Shown here in pieces: positions 62,550 through 64,000 of a stretch of 64,000 nucleotides of DNA; position 1 is the stretch's first letter; the number at the start of each line of letters is the position of its first letter. The translations under genes and the position numbers were made by a program. This DNA is from Dictyostelium discoideum (taxonomy: Eukaryota): positions 3,072,001-3,136,000 of the forward strand of contig CM000155.2 in the NCBI GenBank assembly GCA_000004695.1. Reading direction: 5' to 3'. The notes under the pieces were generated by a model, which saw only the letters and a program-made list of their open reading frames with translations, had not been told where the DNA came from and ran no database searches.

Positions 62550-62999
62550 AAATACAACAATATAACCAATTATTACTATTCAAATAATTAAAATAAAATA
62601 AAATAAACATTATTATTATTTATTTGTTTATTATTATAATTATCTTAAATGAAGACAATTTAGCAATGGAGAGATGAAACTATCTCGAAAACAAGGATTT
62701 TAAGTATCTCTATAGAGAATTAATAGTTTTATCTGTTTCGCAATTTTAATCCTTGTCGACTAATATTAATATTTAATTATTCCTAATTCTATTTAATTGT
62801 ATTTCTAATTTTTTCATTTTTTGTATTTTTTACTTCTAAAATATATAAATTAAATCATTTTTTTATTTTTAAAAAATATTTTTTATATTTATAATCTATT
62901 TTGAATTTTATTTTTTTAAAAAATGAATAAATAAGGAGATGTTCTATTTTTATTTTGTAATCATTTTGATTAATTAATTTTTAATTTTAAAAAATAATT

Positions 63000-63042
<43 letters not shown>

Positions 63043-63283
63043 CCACACCCCAAATCAAATAAATTTATTATTATTTTATTATTTTTATTTTTTTCACACT
63101 TTAATAATATACAACATAAAAAATAAAAATATAAAATAAATATAAAATAAAACATTTCAAATAATTTTTTTTATTAATACGATAATCATTAATATATAAA
63201 TAAAATCATATATAAATAATAAATATATAGATAGTATAGAAAGTTCAAAAAAAAAAAAAAAAAAAAGTTAAAAAGAAAATAAG

Positions 63284-64000
63284 ATGGTCAACATCTTCCT
63301 AATCATTGTTGCGGTTGTTATACCAGCACTTGTAGCTTTAGGAAGTTTGTATTTAATTGCATACTTTCAACATCCTGACGATAAAAATGTTGCCTATTTC
63401 CCGAAGATTATTGTTATTTTAGGTATTACTTTAGCAGCAACAAGTATATTAATGTTACCATTGGATGTAGCAAATCAAGGAGGAAAAGGCGGATTTCCAA
63501 TGGATATATTATGGATTGTTATATATATAGTAGTTGCAGTATTTGCAATTGTTATATGCCCATTTGCAATGTTCTTTTATGAATCAGAAGAAGCAGATCC
63601 AGCAGCAGGTAGTCAAATTGCAGGTGCATTCAAAGGTACATTTGCAATTCTTTTTGCATTTGCAGCATTAACTATTGTTTTATATGTATTCTTTGGAGTT
63701 GCAGAGATACCAACCATAGTGATTTTAAGTAGATTCCAAATTATTAATTATCCAATAGCAACTGATAGTATTAATATAACAACAACATTACCAGAGATAG
63801 CGTCAATCGTTGGTGGAGGGAATGATAAAATTAAATTGGATCCTGGAAATCCAGAATTATTAGGTAATGGCTCTGAATATGTAGAGTATCGTTTAGATAA
63901 AGAGTTTTTACAATTCCGTGTATCAATTGCACTTTTCATTATTACTATGGTTGCTTTCTTTGGTTGGTTATTATTCATTATTTTCGGTGGTATTGGTTTG
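63284..64000 (+). CDS. LMBR1-domain multi-pass membrane protein, 5' part (N-terminal about 239 aa; continues beyond the window).
   Basis: ATG at 63284. [67 protein letters not shown]...[29 protein letters not shown]... is typical of the LMBR1/LMBD N-terminus (alternating TM helices, YFQHPDD loop). Open frame to the window end. Confidence 0.6.
   Translation, partial: MVNIFLIIVAVVIPALVALGSLYLIAYFQHPDDKNVAYFPKIIVILGITLAATSILMLPLDVANQGGKGGFPMDILWIVIYIVVAVFAIVICPFAMFFYESEEADPAAGSQIAGAFKGTFAILFAFAALTIVLYVFFGVAEIPTIVILSRFQIINYPIATDSINITTTLPEIASIVGGGNDKIKLDPGNPELLGNGSEYVEYRLDKEFLQFRVSIALFIITMVAFFGWLLFIIFGGIGL

Overview
The window is an AT-rich (about 20-25% GC) eukaryotic nuclear segment with the hallmarks of a Dictyostelium-type social-amoeba genome. 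Intergenic regions and introns are A/T homopolymer-rich, introns are short with GTAAGT/GTATGT donors and AG acceptors, coding regions carry poly-Q/poly-N microsatellites, and tRNA genes have downstream external B boxes. It is not prokaryotic, so no operons, CRISPR arrays or phage-defence systems are present or expected. I can support about 25 protein-coding genes, two tRNA genes (Ala-AGC, Ile-AAT), one retroelement remnant and several repeat tracts. The recognisable genes, in window order, are: dCTP deaminase; an AlkB-like dioxygenase; squalene epoxidase; the Ykt6 SNARE; a giant LisH/poly-Q protein; neutral ceramidase; GGPP synthase; an NF-X1-type zinc-finger protein; a tandem array of four bacterial YecN-like MAPEG genes; an IQ/WW proline-rich protein; two tandem roughly 1436-aa signal-peptide/IPT-like/EGF/TM paralogs plus a truncated decayed third copy; a protein built from five roughly 140-aa internal repeats; an SDR; a CRAL-TRIO protein; a WD40 protein; and the 5' end of an LMBR1-like gene. 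The most interesting signals are the tandem giant surface-receptor-like paralogs (a cluster of two paralogs plus a pseudogene, with mosaic near-identical blocks suggesting gene conversion), the four-copy YecN-like MAPEG array, the five-repeat protein, the tRNA/ex-B-box/retroelement-remnant neighbourhood, and an apparent frameshift in a membrane-protein gene. All exon coordinates come from manual splice-site and reading-frame tracing and should be confirmed with RNA-seq or a gene predictor.
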